A DNA stretch of 63,807 nt, filler included, from Choristocarpus tenellus KU-1152 (GCA_964200185.2; 11 parts of 11 records of this genome joined end to end with filler, not necessarily neighbours in it); one strand, 5' to 3'. Positions 49,443 through 62,951 are shown, counted from the first letter of the whole stretch. Numbers and translations are program-made. The notes: generated from the sequence alone by a model not told the origin.

Positions 49443-50871
49443 CTATACTTCAGTATCCTCTACCCTTTCTAGGACACCACCCTGGGTGTTTCCGGCATCA
49501 ATTGGTGCATGCTCCCACTGGGGCCTAAACTCTGACGCAAATGCATCCTCATCTGCCCGAGAGAGAGGCCCTTCCTCCCCTCCTCCCCCTCCATCACTGC
49601 TGGTCACCACCTCATCAAAAGAGGTCGTTCCCTCTCTCAAGGCAACAAGGTACTGGGCACACCGCTCCTTGAGGTTAGATAGCATCACAGCAGTGTTCTC
49701 CTGATGGATGAGCATCAAGAGATGCAGGCACAGTTCAAAGGGGGTTGAAGTGACAGTTATACATGACAAAGGAGGAGGGCCTACATGGCAAAGCTAGAAG
49801 GGTGGAGTAGGAAGGGAGGTTACAAATACACAGTACTACTGAATACCACATATCAACCTCACAACCATACCACCAATCGGGTTTGGGGGTTCCAACTAAA
49901 CCCATATCAGTTTAACTAGCATCTCAACCATCACCCCAATCCTATCCCCAGGGAAACAAAACAGGATCGGTATGGATGTCCTGGTGAGCACCTGGAAATC
50001 TGTCCCAAGAGTGAGGGCGTCCACGATGACTGCGTGTTCATTTTCCTGCCATTCAGCACTCTCCTTCTTAAACGACTGTTGGATTTGTGAGTTTCAGGTT
50101 GCTGTGTGTTATTCAGGTTTATCAAATCTCAAGGGAAAAACAATATGCCCAAAAGTTAGTGCCAAGAGGACAGCTGTTGTATATGAGAGACAAAGTAACA
50201 GAGAGGAGTAACTGTTTCAGCTGTTTCACGTCTTGAGGGTTAGGGTCGTTTAACTCTGTTTGAATAAGATGAAGATTATCAAAAAAGGGCATTGATAAGG
50301 ATAACTTGATTGTTCAAACTGAGCGTGCTCACAAAACAGGCAAAGTGTTCTGTGTGCTCCAAAAACATATGCCAACCTATAGAAAAGACAGGATTCAGAC
50401 AACAGAAAGTGAGATGCGGCAGAGCTCTAGAAACAAAATAGATAAAAAGAAAAACTACAGCAAGGACACTGATAGACATAGGCCTTGTTTGCAGCACCAC
50501 TATGGCAAGAAAGTTCTGGGGGGGTTCAGCAAGCACCTCCACAAATGGTTGATCCCCTGTCCCTCTCCCTATAATTCATAATCTGCACACACACTCGACA
50601 AAACTTTGTGAGTCCAAACTTGCAAGAGCAAGAGATGCAATTGGTTGAAAGGCAATTTGTCCCCCCCCCCCACAATCTATTACCCTACCTCGAGCTCTGC
50701 GCTTAGCCTTGCACTCTTCATCCTGGCTGCTTCTGTCCTACTTTCAACACCTCCTGAGTCACGCAGCTCTGATAGTGCCAGCTCCTCCTCGTCCACCCTC
50801 CGAAGCTTCTCCCCTGCCTGCTGGTCCAGAACATCCTTTTCCCTTGAGTACGCCTCCTCGAGACGACGCAC
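49443..50871 (-). CDS. Coiled-coil protein, last three exons (resembles the NDC80 C-terminus)
   Basis: Exons 50689-50871, 49992-50075 and 49443-49700, all phase 0 and GT-AG, with heptad-rich LEEAYSREKDVLDQQ... The NDC80 assignment is tentative. Confidence 0.7.
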
Positions 50872-51249
50872 CTGAAAAGGGCAGAGAATTGGATTGGAAC
50901 ATTCCAAGAACATTTCACCGGTAATGTGAGAGGTGTGACCCAGCAGCACGGCTGTGGGGGTTCATAGGGTAGGGTAGAAGAGTGACAACAGGGGTATATC
51001 TGTGGGTGTTAATGGGCGAGGCTCTGTAGTGCAGAGTCAGGGGTAGCAGCAGCAAAGGTGGTCATGGTGGTTGGGGGGGGGTGGNNNNNNNNNNNNNNNN
51101 NNNNNNNNNNNNNNNNNNNNNNNNNNNNTTAATTAATTAANNNNNNNNNNNNNNNNNNNNNNNNNNNNNNNNNNNNNNNNNNNNCCCCTCCCAGATACTT
51201 TGGGTCTTTTTATGTCCTTTTTCGGTTTTCTGTGTGAACACAGATACCT

Positions 51250-51391
51250 GAAATGTGTACGAATATGAAACGTGTGTCCGGAGCTAGGATATTGACACTA
51301 ATTAACATGATGGCCAAAATTCATCAAAATCGCAACATTGGATTTATGGCCACGAAAGGACACAGCCATACCCTCTTAAATTTATTGGGTC
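51250..51391 (-). mobile_element. Partial, diverged copy of the ~259 bp MITE (left half)
   Basis: Reverse complement aligns to 53783-53930 (AGAGGGTA..GTGTCC..ATCCAATGTTGC.ATTTTGAT..AGTGTCAATATCCT). Confidence 0.75.
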
Positions 51392-52169
51392 ACTTGCTAT
51401 TTTTATGGTTTAGCAATGGACAGGATAATACATGCGAGTGGTGCACCGTTTGCTGTGCTTGCCATATATAGAGTGAGACAATGGAAACCAGATTCCTCCA
51501 AAAAGAGAATCTGGCGAGAAGTAATTTTGATCCGCATGGACCTTTCCAAGGGTGCTGGCCTTTAACCACTTGCAATGAGGAAGCTTGAAGATTATTTATA
51601 GTAGAATATTACTAGTACCATTCTAAGGCATGCTAAAATAAGGCATGCAAGGCAGAAAGGCATGCCATTTTGGCTTAGCACAAATACCATTCTCAATTTG
51701 TGTCATGTTGCATGTTTTTGGTGATGTTGGGAAGGCAAGTGTTAAATGGACAGACATGCCATACCAAAGGAGGCAAGAAACCTGTCTGTGGTCATTCAGA
51801 CCCCCAACCAGTGCCGTTGTCGTGTACATCCTGCACACATTGACCATGTCGTGTTGTCACACTAGGACCACCACAATTCATTGGGCATGAATGTAGGCGT
51901 GGAAACTTCTTACATGGATTTTTTGGCACTGTGTATTTGGATGGGGGTACTCCCACAACGAGATGAAGAGACTGTGCTTTGATTGCCACACCCCCAAGGA
52001 GGAGAAGGGAGATGAAGGCACCAGAAATGATGAGCCCATAGTTGTGTCAAGGATTTCATCTTCTCCTGCTGAATACAGCCTTCTTGTCACCAAACATTTC
52101 AGCTGTCTGCTGCAGAGTGAGATTTGGGAGAAAGTATCACCAACAAGGTTGGGGGCAGTGTTTGTCCAG

Positions 52170-52428
52170 TAGGGAAGAGTGTAAGGGGAAGCACAAGGAC
52201 CTGTCAGGTGGCATCGATGAAGTGAAACGATTACATTTTGCCCAGAAAGGCGAAGTGCTGGACTTGCTAATTGGACACAAAATAAACCAAGTCAGCATAG
52301 TGGAGCAAGAAGGTGTTGGTATGAGGACCATCGAACGAATTGGAGTATGCAAGGAAGTGCTTCAGAAGTACCCCCTTGCAAGTCATAGGGGTGACGAGAG
52401 GGTGGTTAGAAAACCACAGAATCCACAG
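52170..52428 (+). mobile_element. pogo/Tigger-like transposase N-terminal HTH (CENP-B N/psq type) remnant
   Basis: KRLHFAQKGEVLDLL....INQVSIVEQEGVGMRTIERIGVCKEVL...RVVRKPQNPQ fits the RKxLTLxQKxExL...IAxxFGVGxSTVxRI pattern. It ends at CAG|GTAAGC; no downstream DDE domain was seen. Confidence 0.55.
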
Positions 52429-53782
52429 GTAAGCTTTGTCCTGCTACGAGTGTGTTGTGGTACATCAGTCTGCACGACTATTGTGTTTGTACTGTATGTA
52501 CTCCTTTGTGTTGACGATAAATATCAATATTTCACAAATGGAGAAACCAAGAAAACTATGAGTTGTGCCAAGGGTGTGATGGCAAGAGATCGTATCTCAG
52601 CCTACGAGTGCACAATACCACAGGGTCCCAGATTTGGCCTTTTTCTCTAGCATGTGGACCACATATGTACGTAAATGACCGTTCTGTTGAGCCATTACTA
52701 GCATTTTGTGAAAATTCCACTTTGAAGCATCTTAACAGGCAGGTCTCCGCATGCCATATATATTTGTACCCATGGGAAACCTGAGTGAGACCCATCCATC
52801 AATCTGTCAGTCTGTTTGCCTGCTGTGTATCCTCCAAGTGTTATCAGCATCAGCTCTCATTCACGCACATCTCTTTGTGCGTACAATTACGTTTTTTAAA
52901 ATATGATTGAAGTAGATCCTAATACTCTCTTTGACATTATAGGGTTAGGGCAATGTTGTAAATTAATATTTCTACAGACCAGACACCCCACCACAGATTG
53001 GTTCATCGCTGTAGCTCATTGCCATTAGCCGTCTCGATCATTTTAATCTGTTTGCCATCTCACGCCTGATGCATTCATGTAGCAGGTACATGGTGTCAAT
53101 TTCATGCATGTGCTCACTCAACCTGTTTGTGTCCCCACCTCTGTAAGACTCTATTGTAACTCATCACCATTATGTAGCAGCTCTCCGTATGTTTGTCTCC
53201 TTGCTATCTTGCACCTCGTATATTTTCTTTACAAATTCCACCTCTCGAACCTAGTCGGCCTACCACCCTAAGTGTTGACTTCCTCTTTTGCCGGTCTACT
53301 GAGATCTATATTGATTTATATTTGTCCCTGATCTTTGGTGCTGTACAACTACTCAGTGTCCCATGTGTCGTATGTTCCAATAGTGGTATTTCACAACAGT
53401 CCTACAGTACTCGGTAGCACACACCCTATACAAATGTATCACTTGCATGTCAGAACTTAGTGTCTTTGTGTTATAAACTGAACAAAGAGTATTGTGTACA
53501 ACAATTGTGAACAAAGACCTTTCTGGACAACAAACGGACTGAGGAACTTGTGGATAAAGGACTCTACAGAGGAACTTTACTCACGCATTTGCCAAACAAT
53601 AAACATTGCAGAGAAAATGGTCTCAGTCTCAACCATTTGCTGGAGAAAAGAAGTTTTGAGTGAGCATCATCCTGGAAAACGAATATGAATTTCCTTTTTG
53701 CAATTATTATCCTTCTACATGTCTTCTATATCAAAGAATGTGTAGGATTCCAGGTCTTGATATTGAAATATGTAGATTAGTT

Positions 53783-54040
53783 GAGTCAAAGTATCTTAGA
53801 GGGTAGAGCCGTGTCCATTTGGGAGCCAAAATCCAATGTTGCAATTTTGATTTAATTTTGGCTATGGTGTTTGTTAGGAAGTGTCAATATCCTTGTTCCG
53901 AACGCACCTTTTCATATCGTATACATTTTACCTAGTCCAAAATGTTTTGGAGTAGGTAAAATATCATTGAAAACCGTTGAAAGCCAAGCCCCAAATAGAA
54001 AAACAGGGCAAAACTCGTATCCCCTAAGATACTTTCACTC
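53783..54040 (+). mobile_element. MITE, ~258 bp, copy 2
   Basis: TIRs GAGTCAAAGTATCTTAGAGGGTA / TATCCCCTAAGATACTTTCACTC, flanked by GTT/GTT. Confidence 0.88.
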
Positions 54041-54289
54041 GTTCCTTCTCACTTATGTCGTAGAAGGTAGAAAGTTGGAGTGAGAAACACCATCCAAGCG
54101 AGGGGGGTGGTAGACCTTTCACTCATCCCTCATCACAAATATCCCATTACTCAATCTGGCTCAACGTATCTGGGAGGGGGTGGTGGNNNNNNNNNNNNNN
54201 NNNNNNNNNNNNNNNNNNNNNNNNNNNNNNTTAATTAATTAANNNNNNNNNNNNNNNNNNNNNNNNNNNNNNNNNNNNNNNNNNNNTAT

Positions 54290-55191
54290 ATATAGTTTTC
54301 ATTGGTTTCCCCCCTGACACATCTGCAAAATGTCAGAGGGCATAATAATAAAAATAAAATATGTGTATGTGTAGTCTTACCATACCGGAGAATATTGTGA
54401 GAATATTATTCTATCGGGTCTACCGCTCCAATGAAATACCATATATTACCATGTATTCATCAGACGATTCCTCACCTCTATAGAGTCAGTTTAGGAGTTC
54501 CGTGTTCGTTGTTTTATTATGCTGTAAGTGTGAGAACAGATGGAAATAACCTGACAGGTTCTTCGTAATGAAGGGGAGCGGGAAGATCCACATGGGGCAA
54601 GGGAAAGGGGGGAGACAAGTCTAGAGGGAGAGCAATCCCTCAGAAATTCACTCGGCAAAGGAGTGAACAAGTGGTAACTGAATGAGGGGGGGTTGCAAGG
54701 TCCCATCAAAACACCCGCTCTTACTTCAACCATATGTTACCTTCAACACGCAAGAACAAATGTCATACGAATATCAGATTATTCAAGATAGGTTACCTTC
54801 GGGGTTACCTTCTTTGGAAGATGGCTCTCACATAAGTGGTGAATGTGATGTATATTTACTTCTTTTTTTTATGCCTGCTGACATTTTACAGATGTGTCAG
54901 GGGGAAACCAATGAATACAATTATTCACATGTCAGTATGAGCCCTCCTAACTAAACGAAACGAAATATGTCGCAAATGTGAAAAACATCTATTTGTTATT
55001 TTACTACTATGTTATACCACTGCCTTCCTGGGCCACCAATCTACCTATTTCTGTGCCTCAGGATGAGGAGCTAGGGAGACATCCCGAGAAGTCAACAAAC
55101 CCCTTGGTGACTCCAGCTTAATATTAAAACGCATGACACGTCTAGACAGTGCCACTTGCGTAGTTTCTGACACAATCTGCTCAGCCGGGAT
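54290..55191. mobile_element. Foldback (long-TIR) element, left arm truncated by the gap
   Basis: 54299-54336 is an inverted repeat of 54878-54914, and 54880-55191 aligns with 63410-63741. Confidence 0.75.
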
Positions 55192-56500
55192 TTAACCCCT
55201 TCTTTCCTCCTATATTATCCAGTTCCTCTCCCCTCCACCATGTGTGTAGCCAGCTCATCCAGGAAATATCCCGCTTGCTTGACGAGTCGCCCAAAACGTT
55301 CCACCGCATGTATATGTATCATGGTGGTTTGGCTTTTCCCCTAACTGATCTGCAACATGTTAGATGGCATAGTATTTTTAAATAGCATAATAATAGTGTT
55401 TTTGTGGAGTTCTGTTGTATTGTTAGCATAATCTTTCCTCCTCTAAATTCTGCATCTGTTTTTTATTTTGCTACCTTTTTCCATTGTACATATTTTTGGT
55501 GACATCGTTGGAGCAATTGATTACGAGTATAGGGATAGAAATAAAGTTGGATACACAACAACAACTGTTCCATGGGTGCTTTCACTGTTTGGTAGTTCAA
55601 ACATGTTTGATAGTGGTCGGGTAAAAGAGGTGAAATTTAGTCAAGGTGCGCAATGCATCTAGTAGCTGATGTTCTAGAGGTTCTTTTTGCTTTGCACACA
55701 AGTAAGAAACGTTTCTTCTTAATCGGTACGAAGAATGTCTAGATTAATTATTATTTTTGATGTAGTAAGTAGTAAGTGAGGGACACTACAATAGCCATAC
55801 AAGGAGGTTCATGAAGATGCATATTTTGGTGTGAAACAAACTATCTTCATGCACGGAAAGATTTATTTTCACCACATTAATATATTACGCACCAACATTT
55901 TACAGATATGTAAAAAAAAAGAAAACCAAAATTAATACTACATAATAATATTACATATACAATATAATATAAGATTTGTTTTTACTATTTTACATATAAT
56001 TATAAATGAAGAATACCCCCCGATTTTGGTGGATAGATTAGAAATTTCTACCCACTTTTTTTTTATGGTTAGAAGGTTGGTATATGGATATACACTCTCC
56101 AAGTACATCTTCTAATTTTTTATCAGTTTTTACATCTTCTAGCATCTTCTAATGTTTTCTAATGATATCGGTATAAAATAACGGTATAAAATAATTCTAT
56201 CATAATATAGCCATTTCTAGATATATTTGTCCTCTACTTCCAACTACATATAATATTTTATTTTTACTATTATGTGGTCTGTTTTTATATTCTGTGATGG
56301 TTACGCAGAATGCCCGTGGATTTGGTTACCTTAACATCCATGTAAGAAGGAGAATATTTCCCCTGACACATCTGTAGAATGCGAGGGTATCTAATAATAT
56401 GTATCCCCAAAATGGTGTACAACAGTAACTGAAGATACGAAATGCGAAAGGCAGAATAATATAATACGAAATTTTGTAGTCATATCTTACCGTTGTAAGA

Positions 56501-56608
56501 TTATCAATAGGACATGTATGGTAATATATCCATCAATAGGACATGTATGGTAATATATTCATGGATAGGACATACATGGTAATATCCATCAATAGGACAT
56601 ACATGGTA
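56501..56608. repeat. ~28-bp tandem repeat x4 (TATCCATCAATAGGACATRYATGGTAATA)
   Basis: Directly visible, ~370 bp upstream of the tesmin-like start codon. Confidence 0.85.
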
Positions 56609-56972
56609 GTAATGTGAATTTAATATATTATTAGGTTAGGTTGTATATTCTTCTTTACGTGTAAACTTCCCTTTTCATCTCCACACCCATGTTTTATAGT
56701 TTTTCATTAACAAATACATAGTAGTTTTGTTGGTGGTCCGAACCACATTATAAGTTAGGGTCTACTCTTGACTTACATTAGATAATAAAAACAAGGTACA
56801 TTATCCAGGGGCGGACCTTGAAAAAATACAAAATATTTTAATGGTTCGGGGGGTTGGCATCGGTGATCTACGGCTGGAATCCGTGTGCATTACACGATCA
56901 ACAGCACCTACACAGTATCAGTGAAGGATAGTGTTTGGGGAATTGAACCAGTATATCACCTCAAAAAGGAGG

Positions 56973-59900
56973 ATGTACGTCAACAATGGAGAGGGTGGTC
57001 CTATACCTCCCCCTTTGGTGATACCCCCCCATTCCGTTGACCCCGAGCAATACGATGCTACAGGTATGCCCGCCATGGACAGCTTAGGAACGGCTTCGCC
57101 CATCGATGTCGACATGTTCGTTCATGCAGAGGTCAAGGCGTCCATGTCCGGATCGAGTTCCACCCCGAGACCTTCCTTGTGGGTGTCAGGAGTATCTCCC
57201 ATTCCCACTTCCACCACCATGGATGTTGACCAGCCTTCCGGACGACACGACTTAGAGAAGATCTTTGATCAAGGGTGAGTTGAGACCTAGAGAAGATCCT
57301 CGACCAAGCGCGATTTGAGACAACGCGTGAATTACGGAAGATACCAACGCGGGCAAAAGGCACAAGTTCTACTATTATTATTCAACTGTTCTGTCCTTGC
57401 TTGATGATGTCTATCCAACGATTTTACCAGATCGTCAACTTTCCGCACTGCCACTCCGTCAAATCGTCCACCTGCTGTTACGCAGATTTCCAGTTTCGGG
57501 GACAAGCATTCACTTCCAACCCCAACCGCTAATGGTTACCAAATCACGACAGAATCCGATGTCTTCACTAGCTCGACCGTTTGGATCAATGCAGTCACCC
57601 TCCTTAGCCGGATTGGCCCAGGTCCCAAGAATGCACTTTGGTGGAATCAAGGCGTCCTCACCCCAAAACGTACACCCCAACGAGGCTCTGGGGGTGTCAG
57701 TTTCCCCCCAAGAGCACTATTCTAAAAGAGATTCTGCAGGAGATTGTATCGACAAATTCCTTCCAAGGAAGGTGATCGTTCGACCTGAGTCATACGGATT
57801 GAATGGGCATGTAAGGTCGGTTGTGGATCGGGTACGATCACTCAACCCAAGGCCCCCCATGCGACTTGGGGGACAGGATTTTGTCAGACCACCTGCACAC
57901 AATGCCCATACGGAAGTGGCGAGAGGTGCACCATTACTCGGACCAACTTCGGCATCTCTAACCAGTGGCTTGTGCACTTCCAATGGAGTGGAACAAGTTG
58001 AGCAGATACAGACATCACTGTCGATGACAACAAGCACGGCCACATCCTTCCAATCCGTGCTAAACTTGACTACAGCGCCAGAGTTCAGCAATTCAACCTC
58101 AGACGAAGATGATTTCGGCAACGATGGACTGAGCGCAATGTCAGAGCAAGATCCACGATATCTCCCACCTGAGAGGGATGTATCTAGTGGTGATGGGGTC
58201 GAAAGTCTAGGAATGAGAACTGTGATGAGGGTGGGCCAAACGTCAGGAAGAGCACCAGTGCTTGCATGTGGAAGCAAAGAGGATGCTGCAGAGAGGAGAG
58301 AGCGCTTCTGTAAATGCAGGAAGATTCTATGTCTAAAGATGTACTGTGTATGCTTTGCGACAGGTAACCATTGTCGTGATATTTGCAGCTGCCAGGACTG
58401 CCAAAATAAACCGCAGCATGAGCAGCAGCGTTCAAGAGTCATCAAAAAGCGACTGACCAAGTGAGAGGATGATAGAAAGACTTCAAATACACTGCATTCG
58501 AGAGATATCTCGACTTCAATCTCAACTATTCTTTCTATTTTCCTTTTTCACAGCTAGTGTAATAATCAATTGTGGGCAAATGTTCCATGCAGTCTTTTGG
58601 TTGTTTTTTATCTCTGCATTTTTCACGATGAGTTTGTCCCAAGGTATCTGAATTTCTCCATTCTTTGCTAGGTTTGTATTGTAGACTCAACCAAAGTTGA
58701 ACTAAGAAGTACACCTTCCACCCACAAAACTGTCTAAGAGTCTTGCTGTCATACTCTCAAACACTCACTGATACTCTTGAGTATTTCTTGGCGCAGGTAC
58801 ATACACCCACATACATACACAGAAATTTGTGTGTTTGGGGTATTGGTATGGGTGTTGAATAAGTCAAATAGTTATAAATCATGGATGTAACAGAGCTATA
58901 CAATTTGATTAATTTTGCCAAGGTATGTCCTTTCTGAAAGCATAAAAGCTAAAACTAATATCTAATATGTCGTTCACACTATCACATATTCAGATTTTTT
59001 ACATTTAATAAATAATAAGTTTCTACATCTGTTGTTCTAGGTTTGAACACAAAACTCTGTAACTTCACCTAGTCAATGCAGAGGAGGCATCAGACTAATG
59101 GAAAGAGTGACCTAAGAAGAATATTCACTGGTCGGAGGCACACTAGATCAACAGAGGAAAAATTGTTTTTTCCCAAAGTATTTTTTTTTTCACATTTTGT
59201 AGTCTCACTTTGCACAACTGTATAGATCCTCCAGCATCAAGACCCTGCGATTAGCAAGAACATGGTCTCCACAACTATTCAAGCTACAAGGCACTCATTA
59301 GCACCTTATCATCCTCATTCACACACCTTTTGCGTACATGAAAAATTGCCAGGAATCCTAAGGCTTTTAGCATGAGGCCTGCGAACCGCTCGGAAGCTCA
59401 AAAGGTTGCTGGATGCAATTGCAAGAAAAGTCAGTGCCTTAAAAAGGTGAGATGCAATCTAAGAGCCAGAGTAAACGAAACGTACCCAGGTCTTGACCAT
59501 TTTGTGTTTAAAATTATTTTTTTAATCATTTGCAATTCACCTATATTTCTATGGATGAAGTGCTAAGTTTGACTGGAGAGCGTTGATTTCTCCAATGTTT
59601 GAAACCCTTTGATAGAAATTAGAAAATGTCCTACACATTTGCAAAAAAAAACGAATTTTGCACATATTTGTCAAAATTCTTGAAATGCAACTCTGGTTAC
59701 CTCCACGTTACTTTTGCTCTCAAAGTTGAATGGGCAGCATCATTTGAGGGCGTCACTATCATTTTGCATGCATTCTTGTTCGTCCTTCCAATTGATACAA
59801 ACACCCTTCCATCTTCTTTCTGTAAAAAATGTATACTCCCCAGTACTGTGAGTGCTTCCTGTGGAATCTCAGATGCAATGACAACTGCAAGTGTGTTTCA

Positions 59901-60736
59901 TGCCAAAACTTCATTGGGAGCAAGCTCTTAGCAGAGCTACGCATAGAATCCAAGGGCTCTCCAACTACAACATCTGCTCTTGTCCCAGCAACTTCACCAC
60001 CATTGCAGCAGCCGGTCCCAGCCTGTGTGTTGCCCACACCATCTGCAGTCACGGCACATTCAGCTTCATTGGAAGGCCAGAGGCAGGGTGGACCAGGAGG
60101 GCCAGGGATAGTGGTAAATTCTCCACCCATGTCCGCTGGGATGGCTCCAGATGACTTGCAAAGATTTCAGCAAGTGCACGCAATTCAGGTATCAGCGCAG
60201 AAACAGCAGCAGTATAGGCAGCATGAACAGCAGCAACAGGTGCAGTCGGATGACCTCCACTTACTGCAGCATGTGATGCACATTTCGGCACAAAAACAGC
60301 AGCAACAGAGGCAGGAGGAGCACCACCAACAAGTGCAGGCTCAGCATAAAGAGCATCTGCAGCGACAGCAACAGCAGGAACAGCAGCAAGTGCAACAGCT
60401 ACAACAGGCCCAACAGCTCATGAATGCAAGGGCACAACAACAGGCACAGCAGCAGCAGACGCAACAGTGGCAGGGACTAGAGGAGTTCTTAGAGGGAGGT
60501 CTGGGGGAAGAGGTGGGTTTGAGTGTTAGGTTGGAACAAGCGGAGGGTTCACAGCAAGAGCATCAGCTCAAGATGCAGGCTCACCCACGGCTCACGGCTG
60601 AGGGATCCTCAAGGTCAAATGCATTTGGGAGGTGTCCGCCGCAGCAACGGCATACAACTTGTATGCCAGGAGGGGGGACTGGGGGTTGGCCTGGATTGGT
60701 CAGTGGGGGGGGGGGGGAAGAGAGGCAGGAGGGGGG
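56973..60736 (+). CDS. Tesmin/TSO1-like CXC (CRC-domain, LIN54-like) protein with Gln-rich C-terminus; 3' end runs into the gap
   Basis: Exons 56973-57274, 57486-58460, 59353-59446 and 59844->60736 are phase-consistent. Two CXC domains (CKCRKILCLKMYCVCFA...C; GCNCKKSQCLKK|YCECF..C) are linked by KNPKAF. Confidence 0.92.
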
Positions 60737-61007
60737 NNNNNNNNNNNNNNNNNNNNNNNNNNNNNNNNNNNNNNNNNNNNTTAATTAATTAANNNNNNNN
60801 NNNNNNNNNNNNNNNNNNNNNNNNNNNNNNNNNNNNTTTGACCAAAACGGACGCCCCCTCACAAACCACTCCCCCCCCCCCAGATACTTTGACCCTTATT
60901 TTGGGTGCACTTGTTCTGTTTGAAGTCTTCTCAGGCCTATACAACATAGATCTCCCTCCAGGTGGAGATGACATTCCGGGTCAGGGGTGGTGGGGGAAGT
61001 GACCTAC

Positions 61008-62681
61008 CATTGATCCCTTGGACTTGCACCACTGGACTGCACGACTGCGGCTTACTCTTCGTTCCCCCTCCCTGTCTACCTTGTTTCCAATTACAATGAA
61101 GGGGAAGTTATCAGGGTCCGAGGGAGCTGCCTGTGGGGGGAGGAAAGGTGTTACAAGCCTTGATTGTAGAAGGGTTTCAGTGTTGCTAAAGAATGATGTA
61201 CAAAGATTCCTTGGAACCAAATGGGAAGCTCTGTGTCATTGCTGAGAGGATATAAGAGTATTTTTTCTTGTTACCTAATTGCCCCCCCCCCCCCCCCCCA
61301 CCCCTTGTCTTTATTGCACCTAACAACTTTGTGCCCCCTTCACTCCTTGCCATCTCCTCCACCACCCTTTAACGGAAGTCAACATATGACTTGCCTTAAA
61401 TCCCATTCAGCTGTACTTGAATGGTTTGAAAAAAATACCGATTTGACTTCAACCTTACTTCCACAAAGTTTTTTCATTTCAGGTGGAGAAGACAACATGT
61501 CAGAAACATGCACCATGTATCTCACGACCAAAGCAGTTACACTGAATGTCTTTGGTAGGATTATCAACAGTGTACACAGACAGACCTTACCTGAATAAGG
61601 AACTCTTCTCTCCAACTGTCCAGTTGCTCAAACGACTTGGGGTTTGTTATGTCATAAACAAGAACACACGCTTCCGCGCCTCGGTAGAACGCCACTCCCA
61701 GGCTCTGAAACCTCTCCTGTCCTGCTGTATCCCAAATCTGTGTCAACACAAACGATGTAACGCCTCGCCATTATAGGGCAATAGCCTCATGTTGAGCAGA
61801 ACGATGCAATCTACCTTGTTTAACGCATACCATTATACCGCAATGCATACAAACTTGGAAAAGAACGAGAACTGGGGTCAGGCATGGTTGCCACAAATAT
61901 ACTCCTGTTTTGAAATGCAAATCACGCTCACTAGGCTACGTCTGAGGTCCAGCTTCACTTGGATCTACGGCCATCGAAGCCTCATGAGATTTTTGAACTT
62001 GGAGGGACGCGAATAAGATCGCATACGAGTTTCATTGTTTTCCTTTGTATCAGCTAACCTGCAGGGTCACCAACTTGTCACGGATCACCACATCCTTCGT
62101 GAGAAAATCCGCTCCTATAGTTGCCTTGTACTGCGTAGAAAACCGCTTGTTTACGTACTGGTTCATGAGAGATGTCTTTCCCACTCTTCGAACATCGGTC
62201 CGTCCAACGAAAAAGCACATAGCAACAAAAGGAGAGAAGTCGGGGTGGCGAAGCTGAAGAGGTGGAAGCGGGGTGTATCGTGGTCATAGAGGGCTTCTTG
62301 AAAACGTGCTGTTACATTGCATTCATATTTGAGCGAGTTCAAATACGAAGGAACACGCTGACCCACAGCTTACATTCCCACTGTTCAAGGTCTTACTACC
62401 TCGCAGATATCTGTGTGTGATGATGGAAGACTTTGGCCAACCCTGACTTTACCCGTTACATTTGGACGTTAAGGTCACGAAACCCTCACCCTAATGTGGT
62501 AGTGTCTTCAAGTATGATAAGGGATATGAATCTTGTTTGAGCTCGGGCATTCCTCCACTTCTCAATAAGGATGGTTTTCATTTCTTCTGGAGATTAATCG
62601 TCTCTACACTCTACGCCAGAGAACTCACCCACTATCTCCAAGGATGATAACCTTCAACAAAGGTCGCCGTCTTGAAGACAT
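61008..62681 (-). CDS. RAB7: Rab7 small GTPase, exons 1-4; 3' end missing
   Basis: Exons 62629-62681 ([18 protein letters not shown]), 62059-62185 ([30 protein letters not shown]), 61591-61737 ([21 protein letters not shown]) and 61008-61130 ([15 protein letters not shown]). Confidence 0.97.
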
Positions 62682-62951
62682 GATTGTGTTATGTGGGTTA
62701 TCTCGCCTTAGCCTTGTTAGGCACCTTCAGTCTGCAACTCCCACAACATGAGATGTCGAGTCTATCACTACCAATGTACTTCTTGAAATTAGAGACCTAT
62801 ATTCACGTACACAAATTGGTCATGGAATATTTGAATAGTTAAACATATTAGTTCTAGAGTGTGGGACATGACAGAAACTGACCATCCACAATTTGACCAC
62901 AATACGATGCATTTGAAACAGGATTTGAAAAGCGAAACCCTTACAACATAC

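Noticed and set aside
57717-58460. 247-aa minus-strand ORF
   Set aside because: Antisense shadow of the tesmin-like exon 2.
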